A stretch of 63,987 bases of DNA, the filler included, from Diploschistes diacapsis (lineage: Eukaryota), in NCBI GenBank assembly GCA_023645945.1. It is 11 parts of 11 records of this genome, joined end to end, with 100 filler letters (N's around TTAATTAATTAA, not from the genome) between each part and the next. Parts side by side here need not be neighbours in the genome. Positions count along the whole stretch, not along the records: positions 1 to 26,263 come from JALAIB010000186.1; positions 26,364 to 30,117 come from JALAIB010001862.1; positions 30,218 to 33,969 come from JALAIB010001863.1; positions 34,070 to 37,810 come from JALAIB010001864.1; 7 more parts are not named here. One strand, given 5' to 3'. Position 1 is the stretch's first letter, and each line of letters starts with the position of its first letter. Both the position numbers and the translations under genes were made by a program. This document shows positions 24,255 to 35,002 of this stretch, piece after piece. The notes under the pieces are model-generated. The model worked only from the letters and a program-made list of their open reading frames with translations. It made no database searches and was not told the DNA's origin.

Positions 24255-26263
24255 ATGGCAGACGAGAACGTACACAAGAAAGAGATCCACATCCGCGATG
24301 TTGCGACTCGTAGTGTAACGTTCTATCCAAGGAGAGCCCAAGTTGTCCGCGATATCGAGAATGTAGTCTTGAAGGTAAGTTTTACACACTGTATTCAGAC
24401 TGAAGCGCCAACATGTAATTCTAGCCAGGACCCAACGAAATCACCATCATCGGCCTCACACCCACCCGCTGATGAGAATTCGATTAAGGTAGACGGCCAT
24501 GGCAACGCTACGATTACCGATCTGAGCGTGGAGCTTGTTCGGAATCCGGAAATATTCGAAGAGATCTACCGCTCCGATTCCGAGGACGCGAGCGACAAGT
24601 TCTGAATCCGGGGAAGAAGTATCCGAAGAACCGGACTCGAAAGACATCAATCAGAGAACGAAACACATTGCCGGCTTACGGCGCAAGCGTAACGGGCTTC
24701 AAGAAACCATTAGCGCGGATGACGCCGCGCTCCAACTTATGGAGATTCTGTTCAGCAAGATCGAAAGCCGGACCTTGGAACCGTTTCGAGTGGCGTGAAC
24801 GATTATGTAAGGGAAAGGAAGCAACTCTACGGCTCGAAACAGCAGACTTTGGCCGAGATCGAAGAGCTGTCCGAGGAGATCGTGCGATGCGAAAAGAAAG
24901 TGGATGTGATCAAGAAGAAAGGCTTAAAGGAGCAGAGGAAAGAAAAGCAAAGGAAAAGCAAAGAGCAAGAGCGACAGGAGCGGATCATCCGCGAGAAGCT
25001 CGTTGCAAAGCAGAGACTCAAGAATGAGAGGATTAACTTCTGGCCCAAAAAGGTCTATAAAGTGATCATTACCCTTGATACAGGACCAAGCACCCCTGCT
25101 TCATCTCGTCGAGGGTCACTGGAAGACGCAAGGAAGGCGGAAGTAACTAGCAAGGTCAAAGGGGCTGGGGATCTCCAGGATCCCTCTACTGTCTCTTTAT
25201 GCCTTTCTTACATCACCGATGCAGCGTCATGGATCCCACGCTACGATTTTCAACATCGACACAACGCTGGGTACTGGGAGCATCGTCTACCGCGGCGAAT
25301 TCGTCAACAATACCTCCGAAACATGGAGCAACGCCAAAATCATCCTATCGACCTCCCAAGCCTCGTTCCAGGGCTTGGACGACCGCGTCCCGACTCTGAA
25401 GCCGTGGACGCTCCGGCTTCAACAAGCATCGAGGAACCAGAATTGGCAGCGAGCGGATAGCTCATCGCTAAGCAACCAGGAGCAGCAGTCTTTGCAAAAG
25501 ACCCATGCCCAACAGATCAACACGTGGGATCGCGGCAGAAGGGCTGATATCTTTGGTCTTCCAGGCCAGGACCTACCCTTTGTCTCCCTAGACGCCAACA
25601 ACCCTTTCTGGGGAGCCAAAGCCAAGCCTGCCTTCAGTCAAGTAACACAGACTGGAAAGGGGCCGCTTAGTTCTGTCAATCCAAACGAGTGGCCTGCTCA
25701 AGCGAATATATCCGCCAACCAGCACCAGCCTCCCGCACAAAATGCCAGCTATGACAGCAGCAACATCTTCTCCAGATCTGCCCAGCCGTTCGGCTCAGTG
25801 CAAGCAGCGCCGACGGCCGCCCTTTTCGGCAACGGCACCAACAACAATGCACCAGCGCGGACCGGCGGCCTCTTCGGCAACAGCAACGCAAACAATCCTG
25901 CATCCCTAGCCTTCGGCGCTCCGGCTCCCTCGCGAACATTCAATGGTTTCGGCGGCTCCGGCGGCGCCAATCAAGCCACTGCAGCAGCTCCAGCAACTAA
26001 CGGCCTTTTCGGATCCCTCAACCCCACGGCACCCCAAGCCGCACAAGCCGCTCCGCCAGTAGCGCAAACCCAGAACCTCTTGGCCCTCCCAGCTCCCGCC
26101 GCGGCAGAAGACGACGAGACATCCTCCTTTTACTCCACAACAGATACCCTTTCAACAACAACAACAAACACAAAGGCACCACACCTTACTCAAAGCCCCT
26201 CCTCAACCACCACCACAGGCCTCAGCACCGCCCACGCCCTACCCCACTCCCTCACCCTAACCC
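24255..26263 (+). pseudogene. DUF4140/DUF4139 (MuiA-like) protein, apparently frameshifted and 3'-truncated by the contig end
   Basis: SVTFYPRRAQVVR, D/ENSIKVDG, coiled coil, LSYITDAASWIPRYD, NNTSETWSNAKIILSTS. Intron about 24375-24424. Four apparent 1-nt indels at about 24466, 24598, 24770 and 25250 (may be sequencing errors). Confidence 0.75.
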
Positions 26264-26363
26264 NNNNNNNNNNNNNNNNNNNNNNNNNNNNNNNNNNNNN
26301 NNNNNNNTTAATTAATTAANNNNNNNNNNNNNNNNNNNNNNNNNNNNNNNNNNNNNNNNNNNN
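26264..26363. other. Artificial contig linker N44-TTAATTAATTAA-N44 (also 30118-30217, 33970-34069, 37811-37910, 41648-41747, 45468-45567, 49277-49376, 53080-53179, 56882-56981, 60683-60782)
   Basis: Identical 100-nt spacer with stops in all six frames. Genes are cut at these points and flanking contigs decrease in size. Confidence 0.98.
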
Positions 26364-26552
26364 AATAATTTAAATGATTATTCGGGATTAATTTATATTC
26401 GTTATTTCTATCATCTTAAAGCCTTCTTTCTAGAAACAATCCAAGATCTATAACTACTCTATCTTCTTTTCCTACCATACTCCTCTTCTAACAGAAACCA
26501 AACCCACCTTAATCCTACTCGTGTATACCTTATATAGATAGAGATCATAACA
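26364..26552 (-). mobile_element. LTR 5' portion (starts TGTTATGATCTC), same family as 53002-53079
   Basis: Reverse complement matches 53002-53079 with only transition differences. TG start. Confidence 0.7.
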
Positions 26553-26559
26553 ACTGCGA

Positions 26560-27084
26560 TAAAAAAATTTTCGATACGGACACTGATACGGACACTATAT
26601 TATAATAAAAACACGGACACGGATACTGTAATTAAGAATTTTAAAATATTAATACTGACACGGACACTGCACTTCCGTAAATCCACGGACACGGACACCG
26701 CAGCTAAAAAATCTAAAACACGGACACTGACACTGTCAGTGTCAGTAACGGCAAGCCTAGTTTCGATAAATACACGGATACGATAATAAATTTATTAATA
26801 TAAATATTACGATTAAAAATTTTAAAACACCGATACTTCTACGGACATTATATTATAATAAAAACACGGACACGGATATTATAATAAAAATTTTTTCGGC
26901 ACGGATACTGACACGGACACTACATTATAATAAAAGCACGAACACGGACACTACAATTAAAAATTTTAAAATATTAATATTAATACGGACATTACACTTC
27001 CGTGAATCTACGGACACGGATATTGTAGCTAAAAAATCTAAAACACGGACACTGACACTGTCAGTGTCAGTAACGGCCAGCCTA
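26560..27084 (+). mobile_element. Two tandem partial copies (right ends) of the GACACG-minisatellite TIR element
   Basis: ACACGGACAC arrays ending ACGGCAAGCCTA (26759) and ACGGCCAGCCTA (27084), like the right end at 29528. Confidence 0.75.
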
Positions 27085-27095
27085 GTTTTATAATC

Positions 27096-27438
27096 GTGTT
27101 TAATAAATTTTATTCGACTTATCGGATCCTTTTATTTCTATTTTATAACCCTTTTTTGACCTCGAATCAATTTGATTTAGATTTATCTTTATTATATAAC
27201 TTTTTACTAAATACGGCCGAACTACGAAAGGTCAATAAAGAATTTAATCAGGCGTTGCGAGCCGTTCTAGAACTAATTAACCCGATTCGACGTTATTCGA
27301 GTCAAATAACCCGTATGTTTAAATCGACGTATATTGAATTTATAACGTTTCGTAAAGAAAACCGAGAGCAAAAAGCGTTTCTTAATAATCGTAAAAAACG
27401 TAAATTAAATAAACAAATCGAATTAAAAGGTCGTTTTA
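27096..27438 (+). mobile_element. RIP-mutated pogo/Fot1-type transposase C-terminal remnant
   Basis: Translation ...RKENREQKAFLNNRKKRKLNKQIELKGRF resembles the basic C-terminus of fungal pogo transposases. Cut at a TA by the next element. Confidence 0.55.
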
Positions 27439-28360
27439 CAGTACTAGGCCAAAAGTAGTTAGGTCCACCATAAGCGGTAGTAAATAAACATTCAATTCTT
27501 GCTATTATTCTTCTAATTATGTTACCACAACGTCGTTTGAAGTCCTTCGAGCGTTCGGAGCTCCTCGGCGCCCTCTATAACGGTAATATTTTCAAAAATG
27601 TTGCTTAAAAGCTTAATATTCCTTATTCTACAGCCCTTTATACCAAAAAGAAAGCTTTAAAGCGCGATGATGAGTAGTATAATCTCGATCGCTTAGGACG
27701 ATCCCGAACTATTACCGAAAATTAAGAAAATAGGCTCTATCGACGCGCCAGGAGATAGTTAGATATATAATAGCACGAATTACTCGAAATAACGTTTATT
27801 AATAAAAATATTATCCGTCGAAGATTCGCCGAAATCGATCCATTTTTTAAAAAATATCGAAAGCGTTAACGTCTTTATTTAGACCTTAAAGATATTATAA
27901 AACGCCTAAAGTACTTTAAGATATATAGGAGCTAGCGTGTCGAGAATTGGGCCAATGTTTGATAGACAAATAAATGCTTAATATAGATTAATAACGGTAA
28001 GATGCGATAATGAATTTAAAAGTATTCCGGGGAGCAATAATTATATAAACATATCGTTATTAAATCTAAAAATAAGGAAAGTATTATAATAGTCCTTTTT
28101 AATAAAAATAGACGGGCGCGTTGTGCGATATTTTTTCGATAAATATTATATAAATAAACGAACAATTACCGCCGAAATATATTATCGATTTTTACGCGAT
28201 ATTATGTCCTAAATCTACGAGTCTGGATAAGCTTTTTTATAAAATAATACCTTTATATATATAATTAATAATGTTAAAGTACTTTTAAAAAAATTAAACG
28301 TTTAAACGCTCGATTATTCTTCTTATAATCCGAATCTGAACTTTATCGAGCATTTATAAC
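27439..28360 (+). mobile_element. RIP-inactivated Tc1/mariner (DD34E) transposon, 3'-truncated by an LTR
   Basis: TA|CAGTACTAGGCCAAAAGT terminus; ATG at 27519. Degenerate WANV**TNKC (WxxVxWTDE) and L*NNTF...YNPNLNFIEHL* (QDNAP...YSPDLNPIEHLW), with exactly 34 residues between the second D position and E. Confidence 0.85.
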
Positions 28361-28843
28361 TGAAACGCCAGCGCAGGAAAGGATGCTACTCTACCGGGGG
28401 CTGGGCCTGATCCGGAAGGCTTAGATGTAGCTTGGGCATCTGCAGGTAAAAGGTCTCGATTCGAAAAGCTGAAGAAGAAACTATCTAGGTGGGAGAAGGG
28501 CACCGTTAAGTAGTGTGGGTGCCAGACCTACCGGGGTTCGGGGACTACCCATCTACACAGCCACCCCTTGACCCTGCCGTGTCTTGGCAAGCACCTGGGC
28601 ACTAACCCTGCCGTGGCTTGGCAAGCCCAGCTTAGCAGGCCCCTGGGTTGGGCTGTCTTATTACCCCCTTCTCTAGATGCTGGTGTCTTTTATAAGCGCG
28701 ATGTTCTTTTTTAATTAATCTTTATTTCGATTTTTATTTCTTTTTGTGATTTATTTAAAAAGATACCCGTTATTTTTTCGTAATAAATGTTTTTATTTCT
28801 TTAAACTTTTTTTAACGTCGTTTTTAATTAAATACGTTTTTAG
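28361..28843 (-). mobile_element. 3' LTR (28361-28559) plus adjacent internal region of an LTR retrotransposon
   Basis: On the minus strand the LTR runs TGTGTAG...TTTCA, preceded by a purine-rich PPT-like AAGGGGTGGC. Homologous to 45-241. Confidence 0.65.
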
Positions 28844-29528
28844 TAGGCTGGCCGTTTCGTGCCACGGTCACTGACACGGACACTGCAGCAAAAATTTTTA
28901 AAACACGGACACTGACACGGACACGACAATTAAAATTTTAAAACATTAACACTGACACGGACACTACACTTCCGTGAATCCACGGACACGGACATTATAA
29001 TTAAAATTTTTAAAACACTGACACTAACACGGACACTATATTTCCGTAAATTCACGAACACGGGCACCGCAATTAAAAAATTTAAAACACGGACACTAAC
29101 ACGGACATTATATTTCCGTAAATCCACTAACACGGACACTACACTACAATAAAAACACGGAAACACTTTTTTTTTTTTTAATATTTCTAAAATTATCACG
29201 CTTATTTCTCATGCTTTTATTTTTAAAAAAGTTTTTTTAAAACACGGACACGGACACGGACACTACATTACAGTAAATGCACGGACACGGACACCGCAAC
29301 TAAAATTTTTAAAACACGGACATTAACACGGACACTACATTTCCGTAAATCCACGGACACGGACACTACAATTAAAAAATTTAAAACACTAACATTAACA
29401 CGGACACTACACTTCCGTGAATCCACGGACACGGACACCGCAGCTAAAAAATCTAAAACACGGACACTGACACTGTCAGTGTCCGTGTCACTGACACGGC
29501 CGTGTCAGTGTCAGTGACGGCCAGCCTA
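28844..29528. mobile_element. Non-autonomous TIR element (hAT-like MITE) filled with a GACACG higher-order minisatellite
   Basis: Perfect 12-bp TIR TAGGCTGGCCGT / ACGGCCAGCCTA. Interior of repeated ACACGGACAC(T) units and A/T spacers; no protein-like ORF. Confidence 0.75.
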
Positions 29529-29618
29529 GAATTGATTGCGTAAATATAATTACAACTTGTACGAATCGAGAAGGGTATCCGCTCGCTATGAGTGTCCGCT
29601 CGCTATGCATATACGTTA
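29529..29618. mobile_element. Terminal fragment of a Fot1/pogo-like element, family B (second copy 49700-49789)
   Basis: TIR ends ...ATATACGT|TA with two internal direct repeats (TCCGCTCGCTATG), the Tan1/Pot2-style architecture. About 90 nt nearly identical to 49700-49789. Confidence 0.75.
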
Positions 29619-29854
29619 AATAACATCGTCATAATTTCTACTACCAGCAGCGACGTCAGCAGAACCTACCCCTAATAACACCAGCTATACCACTACAATA
29701 TTAATTCTAAATTATTATTTAAAAATATATAAACCGTCTTCCGCCATACCTTCTATAAGTCTTAATATGTTTATCAATTTTTACGATCTCATACTATTAA
29801 GTAAATAAAATAATATATATTAATATCTTTTATCGCTTGATTTTCTTTCGAGAC

Positions 29855-30117
29855 TGTCAGAATACTAACCTAAATAGGTTAGTCAGATTGCTTACTAAGC
29901 TTCTAGCATGTTCGAATATTTTAGAAGGTTCTAGAATATTCTAGAATATTCGGCTTACTAATACATGGAATGGTTTAGAAGGATAAGGAACATTCTAGAT
30001 TAAGTTATTACTAATCACACTAGCGTGAAATGTGCCTATAAAAGGCCTCTCACCCTCCATTGTTCTTAGTTATAACCTTCAACCTCTTCAATATAATCAT
30101 TGAACAATAGTCAGCTA
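29855..30117 (+). mobile_element. LTR 5' portion truncated by the contig end
   Basis: Starts TGTCAG, contains TTCTAGAA repeats and TATAAAAGG. Last 23 nt are identical to 38429-38451. Confidence 0.6.
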
Positions 30118-30304
30118 NNNNNNNNNNNNNNNNNNNNNNNNNNNNNNNNNNNNNNNNNNNNTTAATTAATTAANNNNNNNNNNNNNNNNNNNNNNNNNNN
30201 NNNNNNNNNNNNNNNNNCCCCAACAGAAAAACCTCTAAAAGACCTATGCGTGAACTAAAAGGAGAAAAAGAGATAGCACGAACCGTACCACAGCGCTTAG
30301 CTTC

Positions 30305-30970
30305 TCACCTGGTCTCATCTATCCTCCATAGACCCCACGGATCCACCCGGTCCGCGACGGCCCAGCTCCCCCGCCAGCTCGGCACGAGCGGGGCTTCCCA
30401 CACCGTCGGTGGCGGCGGGCCCATGCCTGGGATCGACTCCACCATCACGGGAACCGAGACGGGGGTGGGGACTGAGAGAGGATCAGGCATAGGCACAGGC
30501 ATAGGCATGGGCATGGGCGAGTTTCTGCCCAGGCCCTCTGCCTCTGCCTCTGCCTGTCCACCTCCCTCTCTTTCTCCTCTGCTTACCGTCTCCACGCCCA
30601 CATGGCCCTGGGCATTGCCCTGGACGTGGAATCCCGCCCCGGGGATCCTCCAACTACCACTACCACTGCCACTACCACCACTCCCCCCGCCACTGCTGGC
30701 GGCCATCCCGGCCACACCGCCCATACTCCCGGCGCGACTCCGCCGCCTCGTCTCGCGCTCCTCCGCGCGCCGCTGGGCCTTCCAGCGCTCCTTACAGGCG
30801 TCGCACGCGACCCGGTACTCGGTCAGCTTGGCTGTCGTGCACACGAAAGGGTGGATGGGGATCCCCGGGGGCAGGCACGAGGTGGAGGCGCGCACGGCGC
30901 GGCAGGGGTTCAGCTTGGAGTTGTGCTTGCGGTGGCAGGTTGCGCAGTGGAAGATTATTGGGTTGCACAT
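30305..30970 (-). CDS. Hypothetical protein with Cys-rich N-terminal domain and low-complexity G/P-rich tail
   Basis: ATG in TTCACAATG context; MCNPIIFHCATC...C...C...C...CDAC followed by a charged helix. Confidence 0.6.
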   Translation of the reverse strand: MCNPIIFHCATCHRKHNSKLNPCRAVRASTSCLPPGIPIHPFVCTTAKLTEYRVACDACKERWKAQRRAEERETRRRSRAGSMGGVAGMAASSGGGSGGSGSGSGSWRIPGAGFHVQGNAQGHVGVETVSRGEREGGGQAEAEAEGLGRNSPMPMPMPVPMPDPLSVPTPVSVPVMVESIPGMGPPPPTVWEAPLVPSWRGSWAVADRVDPWGLWRIDETR

Positions 30971-32387
30971 TGTGAATTGCCTTTTTTTCGGGGAGGTTGA
31001 GATGGTTGGGTTCTTTTGGGGTTTTTTTGGGGGTTGCGAAGGTGGGATGAGAGGGGTTTCAGGGGATCGGAGGGTTTGCATGAGGGGAGGATGAGGCATG
31101 ATGGGATGAGGTGGGGAGAGACATACGGATTGTGAAAGGGGTGGACAAAGGGGATGGAGATGGGATGGTGGTTGGCATTGTGGGGGTGCTTTGTTAGGGT
31201 TCTTTTGTGGGGGTCGGATGGAGGGGAGATAAAGGGTCGTTTTTCGGCTTGTCTTAGAAACTCAATGAGATCTGGTCCAGTGATCTGTGGCGACGCAGAG
31301 CACGTGGTAGTAGCGAAAAGCCAGAGGTTGATGAGCAGCGGTCGGAGGTTAGAACTCTGTATAAGATGCCAAAACTTTGGACTTGCAAAGTTAAGATGAA
31401 AAAGTGAAAATGACAGACTACAAGGTGCGTAATTCGCAAACTACTCATGAATATTAGAAGCAGGCGTTCATTGAGGCGTTAATGATCAAAGCGTTCTGAG
31501 CCCCGAGGCAGTATGACGCGTTTTGCAGGAGGTGGTGTGGGATCCAAGTATGTGTATGGAGCAGTTTAGCCTCGATAAAGACATGGTCGTCTCCAAGAGG
31601 AATTGATGGATGAGTTCAGATGCATTGTCCTGCTGTCATTGTTGTACTGGTCAAAAACTCTGGCGTTGAGGATGGTTTCTGCGCACAGGGCTGAAGTGTC
31701 CCTTGCGCTAGGGCTGGATACTTACCAACCAATCGAACACGTTCCATACACAGCGGATGAAACGTCTCCTACCGAGCGAGCCGCCCGCTGCCATTTTTGC
31801 TCTCTCAACGTCAAAAACATCTAAGATTGGCCTTTTGAAGTTTCAAATCCAACTTTGGCTTGCCATCCCATCTTGAAATGGCCGTTCCACCCTATTTGTG
31901 CTATGCTTGATGACTGGCCTCCGAGCGGGCCGTTGCAGGTGCCGCCCAGTGCGCTAACTATGCTTCGCGTACATGGCTTGATTCGATCTGATGGGAGCTA
32001 TCCTCATTCTATAAAGTGTCTCATAATCATTATGAATAGAATTTGCAGTGGCCAGCGATGCGCTGCAAGGCCTCCTCCATGTATGGACCGCAGACGCGTC
32101 TTACAAGAGCTCTCATTCTCGCACAGGTCTTCAAAATGACTCTTGTCTCTGTGTCGATCTTTTACATTGCGTGTATTCATTCCTTTACCAGGTTTCCCTG
32201 AAGCCCGACCTTCGTGTCTTGTGATTTTTCTTTGACTACTTGCTCTGCGTCTCAATATACTACTACTCTAATAGATAATCATCGCTGTTGCTGGAAGACC
32301 TTCTCCCGTCATACCTGGCTTTTCTTCCCTGCATCTCAATTTCTTACTTTCCTTCCCATTCTTCCTTTAACGGCTGTTACTTGCAAC

Positions 32388-33969
32388 ATGTATCGATTTA
32401 ATTATTTGCTGCTGGCGGCACTAATACCTTTTGTTCTATCCAAGCCAGTCCCTCGCCAGGCACCTTACTAGTGAGTATCCGCTTGTCAGCCCCATGACCA
32501 TGACTGACAGATAAAAGTCCTATTATCAACAAGAGAGCTCCATCATCATCATCATCATTGATTCAGCCAACTGGCCAGACGGGGGAAGTTGGCAATGCGC
32601 CTTTCAATGGGGTCGACCCCATTACCACGCCTGCCCTTGGTTTAGCGCCATCTTCTACTCCTTCACCATCGACAACAAAGGACGGAAATAAGAACCAGAA
32701 CTCGCAGAGCATAGTATCAATACCCGTGCCTACGATAGAAACAATAACGTCGGGGTCGTCGGTTATCCAGTCTTTGGAGAACCCTAGCGCAACTTCCGTG
32801 CCCGCAAGCAGTTTACAAACCATCGGCAGTTCTGTTGCGGCTTCGACTGCTCCGTCCATTCTTCCTACCTCTACTGTTTCCAATGCTGCGTCAAATCTGT
32901 TTACTTCGACACCGACAGCAACTTCGGTATCTTCTAGCTTTTTTGGCTCAAGCGGTGCTTCTTCGCCAAGCTCGGCAGTCCTACCGACAACCTCTGCAGA
33001 TTCCTCGATCTTTGACTCCACCGTAACAAGCTTGACGATTGCCTCGACATCGGTCTTGTCGACTCAGGCCATTGATCCAAGCGTCGCTTCGACTTCGAGT
33101 CAAATACCAACCACCTCTGATGCAGCGTCTCTGAGCTCTGCGCCAACAGCTGCCGTCCCTCCGACCAGCATCTTGTTCGCCTCGCCAACGACAACAGCGA
33201 CTTTCACCTCCGTTGGCTTCTCGATATCGGTCTCTGTGATTGGAATATCTCAGACTGGAGCGTCTGGCGCGACTACTGCGCTCGCATCTAGCGGAGCGTT
33301 GCCGTCTTCCAACGGTACTGCAATCTCGAGCACTCCACTAGCCTCCAGCTTTGTTGCTACCAGCTCTCCCACTGTGCCATCTAGCTCGAGTGCTCTAGTC
33401 GCAACTGCGGAACTAACGTTCGATACTACAGCGACGGCCATTCCTCTAGTGGGATCAACCTTCAGCGATGGTGGTGTTGCGACGTCGGCTACACTTGCCA
33501 TCGTACCTATTCCGACGAGCACCGGTCAAAGCGCGCAAAAATCCTCGGAAGTGGCATCAACAGCAGCTTCAAATCCTCTTTCTCTGCCAACGGTATCACC
33601 AACGAGCGTTATCGCAACAACCAGAGAGGGCAGTACAGCAACTGCTGCAGTCACCACGAGCGCCGCCCCAATACCCACAACGTTCAGCATAGCGTTCATA
33701 AACACCCAGCCCGACCCCTCACTTACGTCAATCATCCTGTCCTCTCAAGCAACTATCTCCTTTCTCCCAACCGTAGCGCTGTCCTCACCGGCAGGCATAT
33801 CGGCCACACCCCGCTCCTTCACCCTCGCCTCCTCCTTCTTTCCCTCTGCCCCCGCAACAACCCTCAACTCAGCCCCCATCCAAGCCGCAAGCAGCTTCCC
33901 CCTCCAACCACTACCACCCACCGCCTCCCTCGCGCCCTCAAGCTTCCCAGCACCCATCTCCTCCCCCAC
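32388..33969 (+). CDS. Secreted Ser/Thr-rich (mucin-like) cell-surface protein, 3'-truncated
   Basis: Signal peptide MYRFNYLLLAALIPFVLS; intron 32471-32517; Kex2-like NKR site; more than 450 aa of S/T/A/P-rich sequence. Confidence 0.8.
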
Positions 33970-35002
33970 NNNNNNNNNNNNNNNNNNNNNNNNNNNNNNN
34001 NNNNNNNNNNNNNTTAATTAATTAANNNNNNNNNNNNNNNNNNNNNNNNNNNNNNNNNNNNNNNNNNNNACCCACGCCTTGTGACTGCTGCTGCTGCTGC
34101 TGCTGCTCCAGCAGCTGAGTCCTCTTGACTGCAATCTTCGGAAAGATGGCGAAAGGGAAGGTCGGGCTTGCTGTTCCTCGCTAGGATATTCCTGCGTGCG
34201 CTTTCAAGCGGCTGGTTGCAAAGTGTGAGGGTTCCCCCTCACCCTCTTTTCGGGTAATCGTGGATTAAGGGGGGGGGGGGCTGTTTGGTTTCTGCGTATG
34301 AACAACAACGTAGCTCACCGAGTCAGTCACCGTGATCCGACGAGGTCACGAACAGCGGCTTATAGCAGTTTTTGGACTTCCTACTACTTCTCCATAACTT
34401 TGTCTTGGCCGAAAAGGGGGGATTGCTGTATGTTGAAACGGGAGCTTGAAAAAAATCCGATACAGAGATTTTGATACACAACCACAGTTCGTAAAGCCAT
34501 ATGATTAAAATATCTATTTGGGCCGCTGGGGCATATTGCGTACTAGACCAGATTTATGCAGGTTGCAGTGGATGTGCCAAGTAAAAAGCCCTCTTCCTGG
34601 CTACCCCATGAGGCTCATGGTCGGATTCGGTCTCGGACAGGAAGATATATATCCTTGAAGAGCTAGATGAAGAAAGTTTTTGTACACCTGGGAGTTCATA
34701 TTGCACCATTTCGATGGAAGTGAGCGTCAAGGATTTTGGTGATCGTGGTTGTTCTCCGCATAGTGCAATCAACAATGCGTATGGCGTGCTCTCCTCGTGG
34801 CAGCGAAGTTGGCAGCACGTCATCTAGAAGGTGAGCGACAAGGATTGGAAACCTGCTAACTCCATGTTAGAAGACCCGTAAAGATAGTTGGAGCTGGCGA
34901 TGTGCGATAGTACAAATATACAGACATGATGCGGTGCGCACCCCGCCCCAGAACGTCTCGAGAGACAAGATATTGAGCTACGCAGCTTCCTTGGTTGTGT
35001 AA

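Noticed and set aside
26250..26263. CCCTCACCCTAACCC at the contig end as a telomere
   Set aside because: Only one exact CCCTAA unit, inside a C-rich open reading frame.
26308..26319. TTAATTAATTAA as a recurring biological motif
   Set aside because: Always centred in N runs; it is an artificial six-frame stop linker.
28930..29199. Repetitive VSVSV ORF
   Set aside because: Translation of the minisatellite, not a protein.
26560..29528. ACACGGACAC arrays as a CRISPR-like repeat-spacer array
   Set aside because: The spacers are themselves repeated, the arrays end in TIRs, the host is a fungus, and no cas genes are present.
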